This document shows, piece after piece, positions 32,829 through 42,732 of a DNA stretch of 64,000 nucleotides. Source of the DNA: Terriglobia bacterium (GTDB lineage: Bacteria > Acidobacteriota > Terriglobia > Terriglobales > Acidobacteriaceae); assembly GCA_963698825.1 (NCBI GenBank), contig CAVOSG010000007.1, positions 150,548-214,547 of the forward strand, read 5' to 3'. A program made the position numbers and the translations under genes. Each line of letters opens with the position of its first letter. The first letter of the stretch is position 1. Under the pieces are notes generated by a model, which was given only the letters and a program-made list of their open reading frames with translations, was not told the DNA's origin and did no database searches.

Positions 32829-33761
32829 TCATGTATTCTCGCGAGCTTTCTGGTTCTGCCGGATCAAGTTCAAGTCGTTCATAATTTTCTCCGGCTCACT
32901 GTGGCCCAGAAATACTTCTCCGTCGGAAAGCGTGATGCGAACACCGCGGTTTCCCCAAACGTAGGCTCGCCGTTCGCCGATACCGCGAATCCCATATCCG
33001 CCCATCGGGTTCCAGGATGCGACCGCATACGCCCTGATGTTTTGCACGGGGATGGAGCGCAGGCGGAAACCGAGCGTGCTGATCTCGACGCCCTGCGGCG
33101 AAAAGCGATAGTGAAACCCGCTCCAGGCCAGCGCCGTGACTCCGAACAGGAGCAGCGCGGGTAATGCCATCACCAGCCGCAATCCAGGCAGCGGAATCAC
33201 CGCAATCACAATCAGTTCAATCACGGTGATGGAAACAAACACGAGGGCCCAAAGAGACGACGCGTGCACTTCCTCGGCTTCCAACAGTCCGGGACTGCGC
33301 GGCAATACGGCGCCACGCTTTGCGCTCAAGGCAATCGCGGTCACCACGAACGCCGCCACAAATACCGCAACCATTTCGGGCACGATGTTCAGCGGCCGGC
33401 CATGAACGTTGTAGTTCAGGACCGAGGAATTGATGCTGATCAGCACACCCATCACGACATAGAACATCGCCAGCAACGACCAGGCCAGAGCATCGGGCCG
33501 GCGGAGTCGGGTGAGTACCCAGGTAAACGTTGTCAGCAGGAAGGCCAGCAATGCCAAGAAGAAGATGACTGAAGTCTCCCGCGACATCCAGCCATTGGGC
33601 TGGCCTGTAGCTCCGAAGTGCGACGCTACCCGGGCCGGCAACTGGTCCCATACTCTCCAATACTGAAAGGCAGCCAGGGGCAGCGCCAGCCAGAGCAGCG
33701 CGGTCATCGTCCGATAGCACCCGGTCCGATCAATTTTGGTCCGATCGAGATGGCTGTCCAT
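32829..33761 (-). CDS. Membrane protein with N-terminal DUF1648 (SdpI-like) and C-terminal bacterial PH-like domain
   Basis: WDQLPARVASHFGATGQPNGWMSRE (DUF1648 motif), multiple TMs, C-terminal FHYRFSPQGVEISTLGFRLRSIPVQNIRAY...GIRGIGERRAYVWG. Confidence 0.5.
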   Translation of the reverse strand: MDSHLDRTKIDRTGCYRTMTALLWLALPLAAFQYWRVWDQLPARVASHFGATGQPNGWMSRETSVIFFLALLAFLLTTFTWVLTRLRRPDALAWSLLAMFYVVMGVLISINSSVLNYNVHGRPLNIVPEMVAVFVAAFVVTAIALSAKRGAVLPRSPGLLEAEEVHASSLWALVFVSITVIELIVIAVIPLPGLRLVMALPALLLFGVTALAWSGFHYRFSPQGVEISTLGFRLRSIPVQNIRAYAVASWNPMGGYGIRGIGERRAYVWGNRGVRITLSDGEVFLGHSEPEKIMNDLNLIRQNQKARENT

Positions 33762-33795
33762 TTACCTCTCCTAGACTGCCCGAACAATTACCTGA

Positions 33796-33835
33796 ACCGC
33801 TCTTGCCGCGGGAGCACGAGCGAGGACGCTCGCGC
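33796..33835. repeat. REP sequence copy 3
   Basis: ccgcgggaGCACGAGCGAGGACGCTCGCGCCtacattgaatc. Same family and orientation as copy 2. Confidence 0.6.
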
Positions 33836-34492
33836 CTACATTGAATCTGCTTCGCCCGACATCTCCGTCCACAGACGCACGTACGCAATGCCTTTCTGAT
33901 AGCGCGTTACTACCACTTCCGTTCCCTTTGGGATCGCGCTTCCATCTTCTCCGCGAGCTCCACACGTCCGCCGCGTCCCGGCTTGCGAATAAATGATTTC
34001 TCCCGTACCGCTCGCGCGAATGGGAACTGAAACTCTGCCCAGCACTCCTGTCATTTCGTAGTCGGCGGGATCCATGATTTCTTCCTGCGAGATCAGCACC
34101 CGGCTAAGAAAAAGAAACACGATGGTGCCGCCGATCAGGCCGCTGCCTATGGCCAGCGAAAGGCCGGTTACGAACCACACCGTGGAGAAGCGTGTGAGCA
34201 GAAAGCCGGTCCCCCCGAACCAGGCGAGAAAGGCCGTCAGAGTGACAAAGTTCAAGGGCGCGATTTGTGTAGTGGGGCCGTGCGCCGGAGCTTGCCCAGC
34301 ACCGGTTGCGCTCGCCGGCCCTGAAGCGACCGGTGGCGCACCGTGTCCGGCAGCAACGTGGGGCGCCGCCACATGCACATGAGAAAAGTGTGGCAGGTGG
34401 AGATGCCAGCGCAGACCTCCAGCGAGAAACGACAGCAGGCTGAAGAAGAATCCCAGCGCGAAACAAATGAGATAGAAATCTGCCCAAGTCAT
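33836..34492 (-). CDS. NfeD-family (short, OB-fold) membrane protein
   Basis: N-terminal TM helices plus C-terminal beta-rich GVLGRVSVPIRASGTGEIIYSQAGTRRTCGARGEDGSAIPKGTEVVVTRYQKGIAYV typical of NfeD/YuaF. Start overlaps the stop of the upstream XRE gene. Confidence 0.6.
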   Translation of the reverse strand: MTWADFYLICFALGFFFSLLSFLAGGLRWHLHLPHFSHVHVAAPHVAAGHGAPPVASGPASATGAGQAPAHGPTTQIAPLNFVTLTAFLAWFGGTGFLLTRFSTVWFVTGLSLAIGSGLIGGTIVFLFLSRVLISQEEIMDPADYEMTGVLGRVSVPIRASGTGEIIYSQAGTRRTCGARGEDGSAIPKGTEVVVTRYQKGIAYVRLWTEMSGEADSM

Positions 34493-35004
34493 AGGCGTCG
34501 TCTCCCTTCCCTGCTCTGGCCCCGCGGCACACTGGCCAGGTGGGGCTGCAGCGCCTCCAGTAAACGGTCAGCCAGGCCGGGCGTATCGAGAATCGCTCCC
34601 AGCAGCAGGAAACACCGCCGCGTGTCCTTCTCGCGCGCCGCTTTGATCAGAACTTCACTCAGTGGCGGATCACTGGCGAAACGCTCCGAACCCTGCAGCA
34701 GCCAGACATCGAGTTTGCCTTCCGTGGTGCGTAAGTCGGAGACCAGTTCGGTGTGGTAGCCCTCGGGATCGTCCACCAAAAACCCGGGATGAATCTTGAA
34801 AAACTTCGCCAACAGCGTGCGCGTGGACTGCGTCATGTGGCGGCGCGCGCCGCTCTCGATCTGCGAGACGTAAGACTGGCTGATGCTCTTGCCCTGCTCC
34901 TTGCGGATGGCACGGACCAACTCTTGCTGGGTCAGGGGACGTCCCAGGCCGCGCAGCGAGCCTTCCACTTCACGCAGGTAACGAATTTTCTCGGCGACCG
35001 TCAT
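34489..35004 (-). CDS. XRE-family helix-turn-helix transcriptional regulator
   Basis: LTQQELVRAIRKEQGKSISQSYVSQIESGARRHMTQSTRTLLAKFF is an HTH_XRE. Translationally coupled to the NfeD gene. Confidence 0.65.
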   Translation of the reverse strand: MTVAEKIRYLREVEGSLRGLGRPLTQQELVRAIRKEQGKSISQSYVSQIESGARRHMTQSTRTLLAKFFKIHPGFLVDDPEGYHTELVSDLRTTEGKLDVWLLQGSERFASDPPLSEVLIKAAREKDTRRCFLLLGAILDTPGLADRLLEALQPHLASVPRGQSREGRRRL

Positions 35005-35007
35005 TTC

Positions 35008-35055
35008 CTGAATATTGCAGATCGCGATATTTATATGCCATATTGCTATATTCAG
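35008..35055. promoter_or_regulatory. AT-rich inverted repeat (cTGAATATTGCAgat...tgcTATATTCAG) directly upstream of the XRE-NfeD operon; candidate operator/promoter
   Basis: 12-nt arms with one mismatch and about 24-nt spacer, starting 4 nt upstream of the XRE start codon. Confidence 0.4.
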
Positions 35056-35290
35056 TCAAGAACTGGATATGGCGTATTTCCGGTGGTTTACAGGTTAGCT
35101 TTGTGGAATTTGGAGACTACACTTGCCCGGCGCGTTCCCAGCCACCGGGATAGGCAGTGATCAGCCCAAGGTCATCCATCTGAAGTTCGGCGGAGAAGCC
35201 GGTGCCGCTGCCGTGAGCGGCAAGATTGCGCCATACGACCGAGCGCAGCAGCGTTCCCGGCGAAGCTGAGGATCGAAGCATAAGCGCACT

Positions 35291-35608
35291 CTAGGGCAAC
35301 GGGGACGGCGCAGCGAGCACTTCATAGTGCTCAACCTGTGGGAGCATCTCGAGCAGGAACCGCTTGTCCTCGGGATAGTACACAGCCTTTTCGTAGTCTG
35401 CTCCGGCGAAGGCCTTGATCGCATCCCAGGACTCCCAGTGCGAAATCAGGGTGAACTCGGCACGACCGTCCTGCACCCGCCGCAGGACCCAGACGCCCCG
35501 ATTGCCGGGAACGGCTGCGTACTCCTTCAATCCGGTTTTTTGAAGGTACGCAAAATACGTGTCTTTATCGGACTCGCGAGTAACGCCCCGCCAAATGCGC
35601 GCAATCAT
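35291..35608 (-). CDS. ABM (antibiotic-biosynthesis-monooxygenase)-like / Dabb-fold small protein
   Basis: 105 aa, MIARIWRG...EFTLISHWESWDAIKAFAG...AVYYPED pattern. Low-moderate confidence. Confidence 0.45.
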   Translation of the reverse strand: MIARIWRGVTRESDKDTYFAYLQKTGLKEYAAVPGNRGVWVLRRVQDGRAEFTLISHWESWDAIKAFAGADYEKAVYYPEDKRFLLEMLPQVEHYEVLAAPSPLP

Positions 35609-35689
35609 GATGGTGGCTCCTGGTCGGATTGTATTAGAGATGGTTTTCTCGGGAAACTTCGACTAACTCGGGGCGGCCTCCGACTAGAT

Positions 35690-35725
35690 CTCCGCACGAG
35701 CGGGACGCTCGCGCCCACATGAAAA
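35690..35725. repeat. REP sequence copy 4 (slightly diverged)
   Basis: tctccGCACGAGCGGGACGCTCGCGCCcacatg. Confidence 0.55.
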
Positions 35726-35768
35726 AGGCCTCCGTTTCGGAGGCCTTTCATCTTCTACTTGTGCTGTC

Positions 35769-36374
35769 TTACTGGACGCGCGCGTTGTGCTTCTTGCGAT
35801 AGATGGCGCGCGAGGTACGGTTTTCCTGATGATTGACCTGGCGGCGCTCGGCTGCAGTCAGCTTGCCACCGTTGGCCACGCGATCATTGTGAACTTCCTT
35901 GTTGATCGCCGATTCGCGGCCTTCGAGGTGAGCGGTTTCGCCGGCAGTCAACTGGCCGCTCTTTACACCCTGGGCAATCCGCTCCTGCTGATTGCGCTCG
36001 CGCTGTCCAACTTCGCTCTTGGGATCGACGTTCTGTACGCGGGCGTTGTGCTTGTCCTTGTAGATGTTATTGGAGAGCTTGTTCTGCTGCTGGTTCAGAG
36101 TGGCGCGATCGGCAGCAGTCAGGTGACCGTTGTCCAGTTTGCGCATGTCGTGCTCTTCGTGGTTCAGCTCGGATTCCTTCTTCTCCAGATTCTTGGTCTC
36201 GCCTGCGGTCAGTTCACCGCTCTGGACGCCATTGGCGATGCGATCCTGCTGGTTTTCCTTGCGCTGGTTGATGGTGGCCGGCGCGGCCGCCGGGGCGCTG
36301 CTTTGCGCGGCAGCCGGCAGCATGAAGGCCGCCATGACCGCGGTCAAGATAAGACCTTTGTTTTGTGACTTCAT
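35769..36374 (-). CDS. Secreted tandem-repeat protein with LTAGE/LTAAER motifs (possible LTXXQ / Spy-CpxP-like periplasmic protein)
   Basis: Signal peptide MKSQNKGLILTAVMAAFMLPAAAQ, then two about 75-aa repeats: NQQ(D/E)RIA.GV.SG.LTAGET..LE..ES..N.E.H..R...G.LTAA.R...N.Q.N..S..IY..KHNARVQ. Confidence 0.45.
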   Translation of the reverse strand: MKSQNKGLILTAVMAAFMLPAAAQSSAPAAAPATINQRKENQQDRIANGVQSGELTAGETKNLEKKESELNHEEHDMRKLDNGHLTAADRATLNQQQNKLSNNIYKDKHNARVQNVDPKSEVGQRERNQQERIAQGVKSGQLTAGETAHLEGRESAINKEVHNDRVANGGKLTAAERRQVNHQENRTSRAIYRKKHNARVQ

Positions 36375-36571
36375 ATGGTTCTCCCTGGCTCCCTTGATTC
36401 CCACTGCTTGCCCGTTTTTCGGGTCACATCTTCAAACACAGTGTGTAAAGAAATGTTGCGCCGGAAAAGGGCAATCATCGACAACGCACATCCTAGTAAC
36501 GGTTACCAAAGTCGGTGGCCCGCGGTCTGCGCGGCCTTCAGTATGGAAGGAAATGAGGAAACTGCGTGCGG

Positions 36572-37429
36572 TTAGAGTCCAACTTCGATGCGTGAGCGCG
36601 GATCGAGAAAATCGCGCAGGGCGTCGCCGATAAAATTGAATGAGAGCACTGCCAGCATCACCGCGAAGGCGGGGAAAAGGACAAGGTGCGGAGCGTCAAA
36701 CAGGTGAGCCCGGCCATCATTCAACATCGCTCCCCAGCTGGCGGTGGGCGGGGCCACACCCAGGCCCAGAAAGCTCATGGTGGCTTCGGCGAGAATCGCA
36801 CCCGCCATGCCGATCGCGGCCTGCACGATCACGGGTTGAATGATGTTAGGAAGAATGTGGCGGACAATCACCCGCAAATCGCTTGCGCCCAGTGCCCGGG
36901 CGGCCTCCACAAATTCACGTTCGCGTGCCGCCAGCACCTGTCCGCGAACCAGGCGGGCGTAGCCCACCCAGCCTCCGAGCGAAAGCGCCAGCACCAGATT
37001 GAAAATTCCCGGGCCGCGAAAGGCAACAAAAGCGATGGCCAGCAGAATTCCCGGGAAGGAAAGAAACGCGTTCATCACCACCACGTTGAAAAAGCGGTCG
37101 ATGTTTCCGCCGTAGTATCCGGCGATCGATCCCACGATCAGGCCGAGGGCGAGCGAGAGCGCGACCACGGAACTGCCCACCAGCATGGAAATGCGCGAGC
37201 CATAGATGAGGCGGGAAAAGATGTCGCGTCCCAGTTCATCGGTGCCACACCAGTGCGCGGATGAGGGCGGCGACAGGCGCGCAGGCAAATCGATGTAAGC
37301 CGGATCCTGGGGAGCGATCCACGGAGCGAACAGCGCGAAGATCACGAAGATGATGACCAGCACGGCGCCTGTGGCTGCCAGTGGGTTGCGGCGGGCAGCG
37401 CCGGGAAGCGAGATGGAGAGAGTGGACAA
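36572..37429 (-). CDS. ABC peptide/nickel transporter permease, DppC/OppC family
   Basis: HWCGTDELGRDIFSRLIYGSRISM plus EAA-like loop. 285 aa. Confidence 0.8.
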   Translation of the reverse strand: MSTLSISLPGAARRNPLAATGAVLVIIFVIFALFAPWIAPQDPAYIDLPARLSPPSSAHWCGTDELGRDIFSRLIYGSRISMLVGSSVVALSLALGLIVGSIAGYYGGNIDRFFNVVVMNAFLSFPGILLAIAFVAFRGPGIFNLVLALSLGGWVGYARLVRGQVLAAREREFVEAARALGASDLRVIVRHILPNIIQPVIVQAAIGMAGAILAEATMSFLGLGVAPPTASWGAMLNDGRAHLFDAPHLVLFPAFAVMLAVLSFNFIGDALRDFLDPRSRIEVGL

Positions 37430-37461
37430 GATCAGTCTCGAATTCCGCTACGCCTTGTATT

Positions 37462-38386
<925 letters not shown>

Positions 38387-38561
38387 TGGCCTTCGGTCGT
38401 TGGTCGTTGGCCATTCCTCGTCGGTCATTCTTCATTTGCTGGCTTCACTTGCTGGCTGGCAAATCATCCACCTGAATTCCGGCTCCGGCTGGTTGCTTTA
38501 CTCTTCTTCTTCAACCTTTTCTTGTTTTCAACATCAGTTTTCGGTTCTTTGTTCCCGGTTC

Positions 38562-39923
38562 TCAGTCGCCGGCTTGGGTGACGGCTTTGGACTCCAGTTT
38601 TTCAACCCTGACTTTGGCGATGCGGTGGCCTTCGATCTCCTGGACGGTGAAGCGGTGGCCCTCGTATTCGAAGGTTTCGTTCTGTCTGGGGATTCTCTGC
38701 AGGCGGGCCAGAATGAAGCCGGCCAGAGTCTCGAAGCCGGAATCGCGCGGCAGCGAAAGTTGATACTGCGACTCCAGATCACGAATGCTGACCGAGCCTT
38801 CGAGCACGACCGCGATCTCACCTTCAACCAGGGCCTGCTGGGGCGGCGCGATATCGAATTCATCTTCTATTTCGCCGACTATCTGTTCCAGAACATCTTC
38901 GACCGTGATCACGCCCGCAGTGGAGCCGAACTCGTCCACCACCACCGCCAGATGGCGTTTTCGTTCCTTGAACTCTTGCAACAATTCAGTGAGGACCTTG
39001 GTTTCGGGAACGACCAGCACGTCGTGCATGATCTGGCTGATTTTCATCGTGGAGACTCGCGCCGCGGCCGGCTGGTCGGTGAGCCGGAGGCGGGTCCAGC
39101 GCATCATGTCTTTGGCATAGAGGACTCCGACAATGTGCTCCGGTCCCCGCTGCGGGTCGTAGACCGGGACTCGCGAATGCTGTTCCTCGACCACCCGGGC
39201 CAGCGCGTCGGAAATCGTAAGATCGCCGGGCAGAGAGAAAATGGCGGGGCGCGGCACCATGACCTCGCGCACGGTGATGTTGTCCAATTCCAGGGCATGA
39301 TGGATCATTTCTTCCTGGAATGGCGGAATCTCACCGAACTGCCGGCTGGCGGTCACGATCAGCTTGAGCTCATCGGGCGAGTGCACCGGCCCTTCCCGGA
39401 TGCGGCGCGAGCCCAGGGCGCGCAATACCCAGCCCGCCGCCCGGCTCATGACGTAGAGCAAGGGACGGGTTAGGGTGAGGAAGACATCCATCGGCGCCGC
39501 CACCGCAAGCGCCACTTGCTCGGCGCGCTGCAAGGCCAGCGACTTGGGAACCAGTTCGCCCAGGATGACGTGCAGGCAAGTGATCAGGCCGAAGGCGATG
39601 AAAATCGCAATCCCGTGCGCGTACACCGAGGCATGGGGAACGTCCTGAACCGGACCGAGCATCATTTGCGCCAACAGCGGCTCGCCCACCCAGCCCAGGG
39701 TCAGGCTGACGATGGTGACTCCCAACTGAACGCCGTTGACGACTTCATCCAGATTGCGGTGCAGCTTCTGCACGATACGGGCGCCGATGCGCCGGGCGGC
39801 GATCAATTGCTGAATACGGGTATCACGCACGCTCACCAGGGAGAATTCCGCGGCGGCGAAGAAAGCGTTGGCCGCTACCAGGAGCAGGATGAGGAACACC
39901 CGCAGCAGCACGTAGGCAATCAT
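38562..39923 (-). CDS. HlyC/CorC-family (CNNM) transporter: DUF21 + CBS pair + CorC_HlyC
   Basis: AAAEFSLVSV...ITCLHVILGELVPKSLA DUF21 region, CBS pair, C-terminal transporter-associated domain. Confidence 0.8.
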   Translation of the reverse strand: MIAYVLLRVFLILLLVAANAFFAAAEFSLVSVRDTRIQQLIAARRIGARIVQKLHRNLDEVVNGVQLGVTIVSLTLGWVGEPLLAQMMLGPVQDVPHASVYAHGIAIFIAFGLITCLHVILGELVPKSLALQRAEQVALAVAAPMDVFLTLTRPLLYVMSRAAGWVLRALGSRRIREGPVHSPDELKLIVTASRQFGEIPPFQEEMIHHALELDNITVREVMVPRPAIFSLPGDLTISDALARVVEEQHSRVPVYDPQRGPEHIVGVLYAKDMMRWTRLRLTDQPAAARVSTMKISQIMHDVLVVPETKVLTELLQEFKERKRHLAVVVDEFGSTAGVITVEDVLEQIVGEIEDEFDIAPPQQALVEGEIAVVLEGSVSIRDLESQYQLSLPRDSGFETLAGFILARLQRIPRQNETFEYEGHRFTVQEIEGHRIAKVRVEKLESKAVTQAGD

Positions 39924-40207
39924 GGAAGGCTAATTCTAACATTCCAAAGAGCGTAGGCAGGACTCTCCGTCTAACGTCTTGTAGAATCAGGGTCAGACTC
40001 GCCGCGATCGTCCAAAATCGGGGTTCCCTGCTTCCATTTCGAGCTTTCGGGGGTCTAACTGTTAAGTTTGTGTCTTGTTGACCCAGAAGGTTCTGGGTGC
40101 CAGCAATCTAATCCCTGCGATCCAGAGTTAATGCAATCCAGGGAACAAACTGTGCATCGCACTCGTAGTTACATTCGACACCAGCGTGATCGGTTCAGGA
40201 GGCGGAC

Positions 40208-41419
40208 GTGAACGGGAATGGCAGCAGCAAGAAGCGGCGCAAACGGCTGATTTATGGCGGTGTCGGACTGTTTCTGGTCCTGGCCATCGCGGGAGGGCTG
40301 ATTGCAGCTACGCACAGCGGCACCAAGATTGATCCATCCAAGCTCCAGAAGGTAGAAAAAGGCGATCTGGCAAAGAGCGTGGTCGCGACTGGCAAAGTCA
40401 CTCCCATCACCAAGGTTGAAGTAAAGTCCAAGGCCAGCGGCATCGTCAAAAAGCTCATGGTAGACGCCGGCGATAAGGTCAAGAAGGGCCAACTCCTGGC
40501 CCAGCTGGACAAGGCCGAGATCGAAGCGCAGGTGGAACAATCCCGCGCTGCCGTGGAGGCTGCCGAAGCCAATCTGAAGAGTTCGGAAGCTGACTTCGAG
40601 CGCGCCAAGGTTGACGCGGAAGGCCCCGACGTCCCGCTGCTTAAGCGCGCCTATGAACGCGCCATCGGCATGGCCAAGGAAGGCGTAGTTTCCACTTCTG
40701 CCCTGGAAGACGCCCAGAAGAACTACGAGCTGGCATTGAACAAACAGAACGTTTCGAAGGCACAAGTAACCGTGTTGAAGGCCAAGATTGCCCAGTCCCA
40801 GGGCCAGCTCTCACAAGACCGCGCCAACCTGAAGCAACTGGAAGAGCAACTCAGCTACACCGATATTCAGTCGCCTATCGATGGCGTAGTGTTGTCGCGT
40901 AATGTGGAAATGGGCGACGCGGTTAGCTCCATTCTGGTGCTGGGCTCGTCGGCCACGCTGGTCATGACCCTGGGGGATATCAGCCAGGTGTATGTAAAAG
41001 GAAAAGTTGACGAGAGCGACATCGGAAGGGTTTACCTCGGTCAGCCGGCGCGTATTAAAGTGGAGTCCTTCAAGGACAAGACTTTCAACGGCGTGGTCAC
41101 TAAAATCTCGCCGATGGGCGTGGAGAAGGACAACGTCACCACTTTCGAGGTGCGCGTCTCTATAAACAACCCGGGCGGTGAGCTGAAGGCCGAGATGACC
41201 GCCAACGCGGAAGTCATCCTCGAGGAGCACAAGAACGTCCTGCAGATTCCCGAAGGCTCCATTATTTACGACAAGGACAAGAAGGCGTCCGTCGAGGTGC
41301 CCGACCCGAGCGCTAAGGATGGCAAGAAGAAAATGGCGGTCAATATTGGCATCTCCAACGGCGCCAAGACCGAGCTCCTCAGCGGATTGAAGGAAGGCGA
41401 CGAAGTCGTATTGCAGTAG
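40208..41419 (+). CDS. Efflux-transporter periplasmic adaptor (HlyD/MacA-type membrane fusion protein)
   Basis: N-terminal TM, lipoyl/biotinyl-like half domains (VVATGKVTPITKVEVKSKASGIVKKLMVDAGDKVKKGQLLAQLD), long coiled coil, beta-barrel domain. Confidence 0.75.
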   Translation: MNGNGSSKKRRKRLIYGGVGLFLVLAIAGGLIAATHSGTKIDPSKLQKVEKGDLAKSVVATGKVTPITKVEVKSKASGIVKKLMVDAGDKVKKGQLLAQLDKAEIEAQVEQSRAAVEAAEANLKSSEADFERAKVDAEGPDVPLLKRAYERAIGMAKEGVVSTSALEDAQKNYELALNKQNVSKAQVTVLKAKIAQSQGQLSQDRANLKQLEEQLSYTDIQSPIDGVVLSRNVEMGDAVSSILVLGSSATLVMTLGDISQVYVKGKVDESDIGRVYLGQPARIKVESFKDKTFNGVVTKISPMGVEKDNVTTFEVRVSINNPGGELKAEMTANAEVILEEHKNVLQIPEGSIIYDKDKKASVEVPDPSAKDGKKKMAVNIGISNGAKTELLSGLKEGDEVVLQ

Positions 41420-41435
41420 TTCCATAAAGGAAGGA

Positions 41436-41497
41436 AGCTCTCAGCTCTCAGCCATCAGCCCTCAGCTAGGATGTGGACACCGATAGCTGATAGCTTA
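41436..41497. repeat. Heptamer array AGCTCTC AGCTCTC AGCCATC AGCCCTC with short inverted partner gatagctgatagct
   Basis: Seen at 41436-41468 and 41483-41497, immediately 3' of the adaptor gene. Confidence 0.5.
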
Positions 41498-41550
41498 CTC
41501 ATAGGTCAATCCTCCGGGCACCACCACTTGACTCAGTCTTTGGAGAAAAC

Positions 41551-42552
41551 ATGAAACGCCGAAGCCTGGTTTCCTCTACGCTCTCTGTTTCGACCATCGC
41601 CGGTGCGACTCTCGCCGCAGTGATTTGTCTCCAGGCTCTGCCTGCGGCAGCTGCGGCGGAGGGCTCGTTCCACCGTGCATTGCAGGTGAGTGGACCGGTG
41701 CATCTGGACCTCACCACGGGCTCAGGCAGCGTCGAGGTGCGCACCGGCAACTCCAGCCAGGTGCAGGTGACGGGACGCATTCGGGCCACGGAATGGTTCG
41801 AGGGAAATGTAGAGGAAAAAATCAAGCGGCTGGAGGCGAACCCGCCCATCCAGCAGAGCGGCAACAATATCCGTATCGGCCACATTGATGACCCGGAATT
41901 GCGGCACAACATATCGATCAGCTATGAGGTGGTTGTCCCGGCCGAGACCGACTTGAAGGTGCAGAGCGGCTCGGGGGATCAGAGTGTGGAAGGAATTCGA
42001 GGTCCACTCGAAGTCAGCGCCGGCTCCGGAGGTCTGAAGATTTCTGCCATCGGCGACCGGGTGCACGCCGAGACCGGCTCCGGCGATATCGACATTGAAC
42101 GGGTAAAGGGAAACGTGCACGCCAAGACTGGCAGCGGATCGATTGACGCCAATGACATCGCTGGCGCCTTTGAGGCCGATAGCGGCAGCGGCCACATCAC
42201 GTTGCAGCAGACCGCGCCCGGCTCGGTGCACGTAGACACCGGTTCCGGGGGCATGGAACTGCATGGCGTACGTGGCTCGCTGGAGGCGAAGGCGGGCAGC
42301 GGAACCATTCAGGCCGACGGCGAAGCCTCTGGGCCGTGGACGGTGCATACCGGTTCAGGCGAGGTGCAACTGAAGCTTCCATCCGATGCGTCATTCGATC
42401 TGGACGCCCATACCAGCTCCGGGTCCATCTCGGTTGAACATCCTCATACCGTGCAAGGCTCTATCGGACGCAGGGAAGTACGCGGCCGGGTGGGCGGCGG
42501 GGGCGTACCGGTTGACGTGCAGACCGGATCCGGAGATATACAGATCCAGTAG
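41551..42552 (+). CDS. DUF4097-family beta-strand repeat (putative adhesin-like) secreted protein
   Basis: Signal peptide, then repeated TGSGxI / AGSGxI beta-helix-like units (TGSGSVEV, SGSGDQSV, AGSGGLKI, TGSGDIDI, TGSGSIDA, SGSGHITL, TGSGGMEL, AGSGTIQA, TGSGEVQL, SSGSISV, TGSGDIQI). Confidence 0.65.
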   Translation: MKRRSLVSSTLSVSTIAGATLAAVICLQALPAAAAAEGSFHRALQVSGPVHLDLTTGSGSVEVRTGNSSQVQVTGRIRATEWFEGNVEEKIKRLEANPPIQQSGNNIRIGHIDDPELRHNISISYEVVVPAETDLKVQSGSGDQSVEGIRGPLEVSAGSGGLKISAIGDRVHAETGSGDIDIERVKGNVHAKTGSGSIDANDIAGAFEADSGSGHITLQQTAPGSVHVDTGSGGMELHGVRGSLEAKAGSGTIQADGEASGPWTVHTGSGEVQLKLPSDASFDLDAHTSSGSISVEHPHTVQGSIGRREVRGRVGGGGVPVDVQTGSGDIQIQ

Positions 42553-42631
42553 AAGGCTTCAGTCGTCGGTCGTCAGTCGTCGGCAAATCCCAACCAGAAC
42601 CGTAGGACTGCTGACGACTGACGACTGAAGG
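42552..42631. terminator. Heptamer-array inverted repeat (CAGTCGT CGGTCGT CAGTCGT / ACGACTG ACGACTG) directly after the DUF4097 gene stop
   Basis: gaaggcttCAGTCGTCGGTCGTCAGTCGTCGG ...26 nt... CTGACGACTGACGACTGaaggc. 22-bp near-perfect stem. Confidence 0.55.
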
Positions 42632-42732
42632 CTGCAGACTGCCCCCTCCGTTACCTCCGTTCCTTGACTCTGCCTTTCTGACAGGTTACTTTCGGTTTTT
42701 CCAGGGATTATTCTGTCTGGAGCGAGGATCCA

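Noticed and set aside
39924-40207. Candidate sigma-70 promoter (TTGACC ... TCTAAT) in the CorC / adaptor divergent region
   Set aside because: Spacer between the hexamers is about 23 nt, outside the functional 16-19 range. Not reported as a feature.
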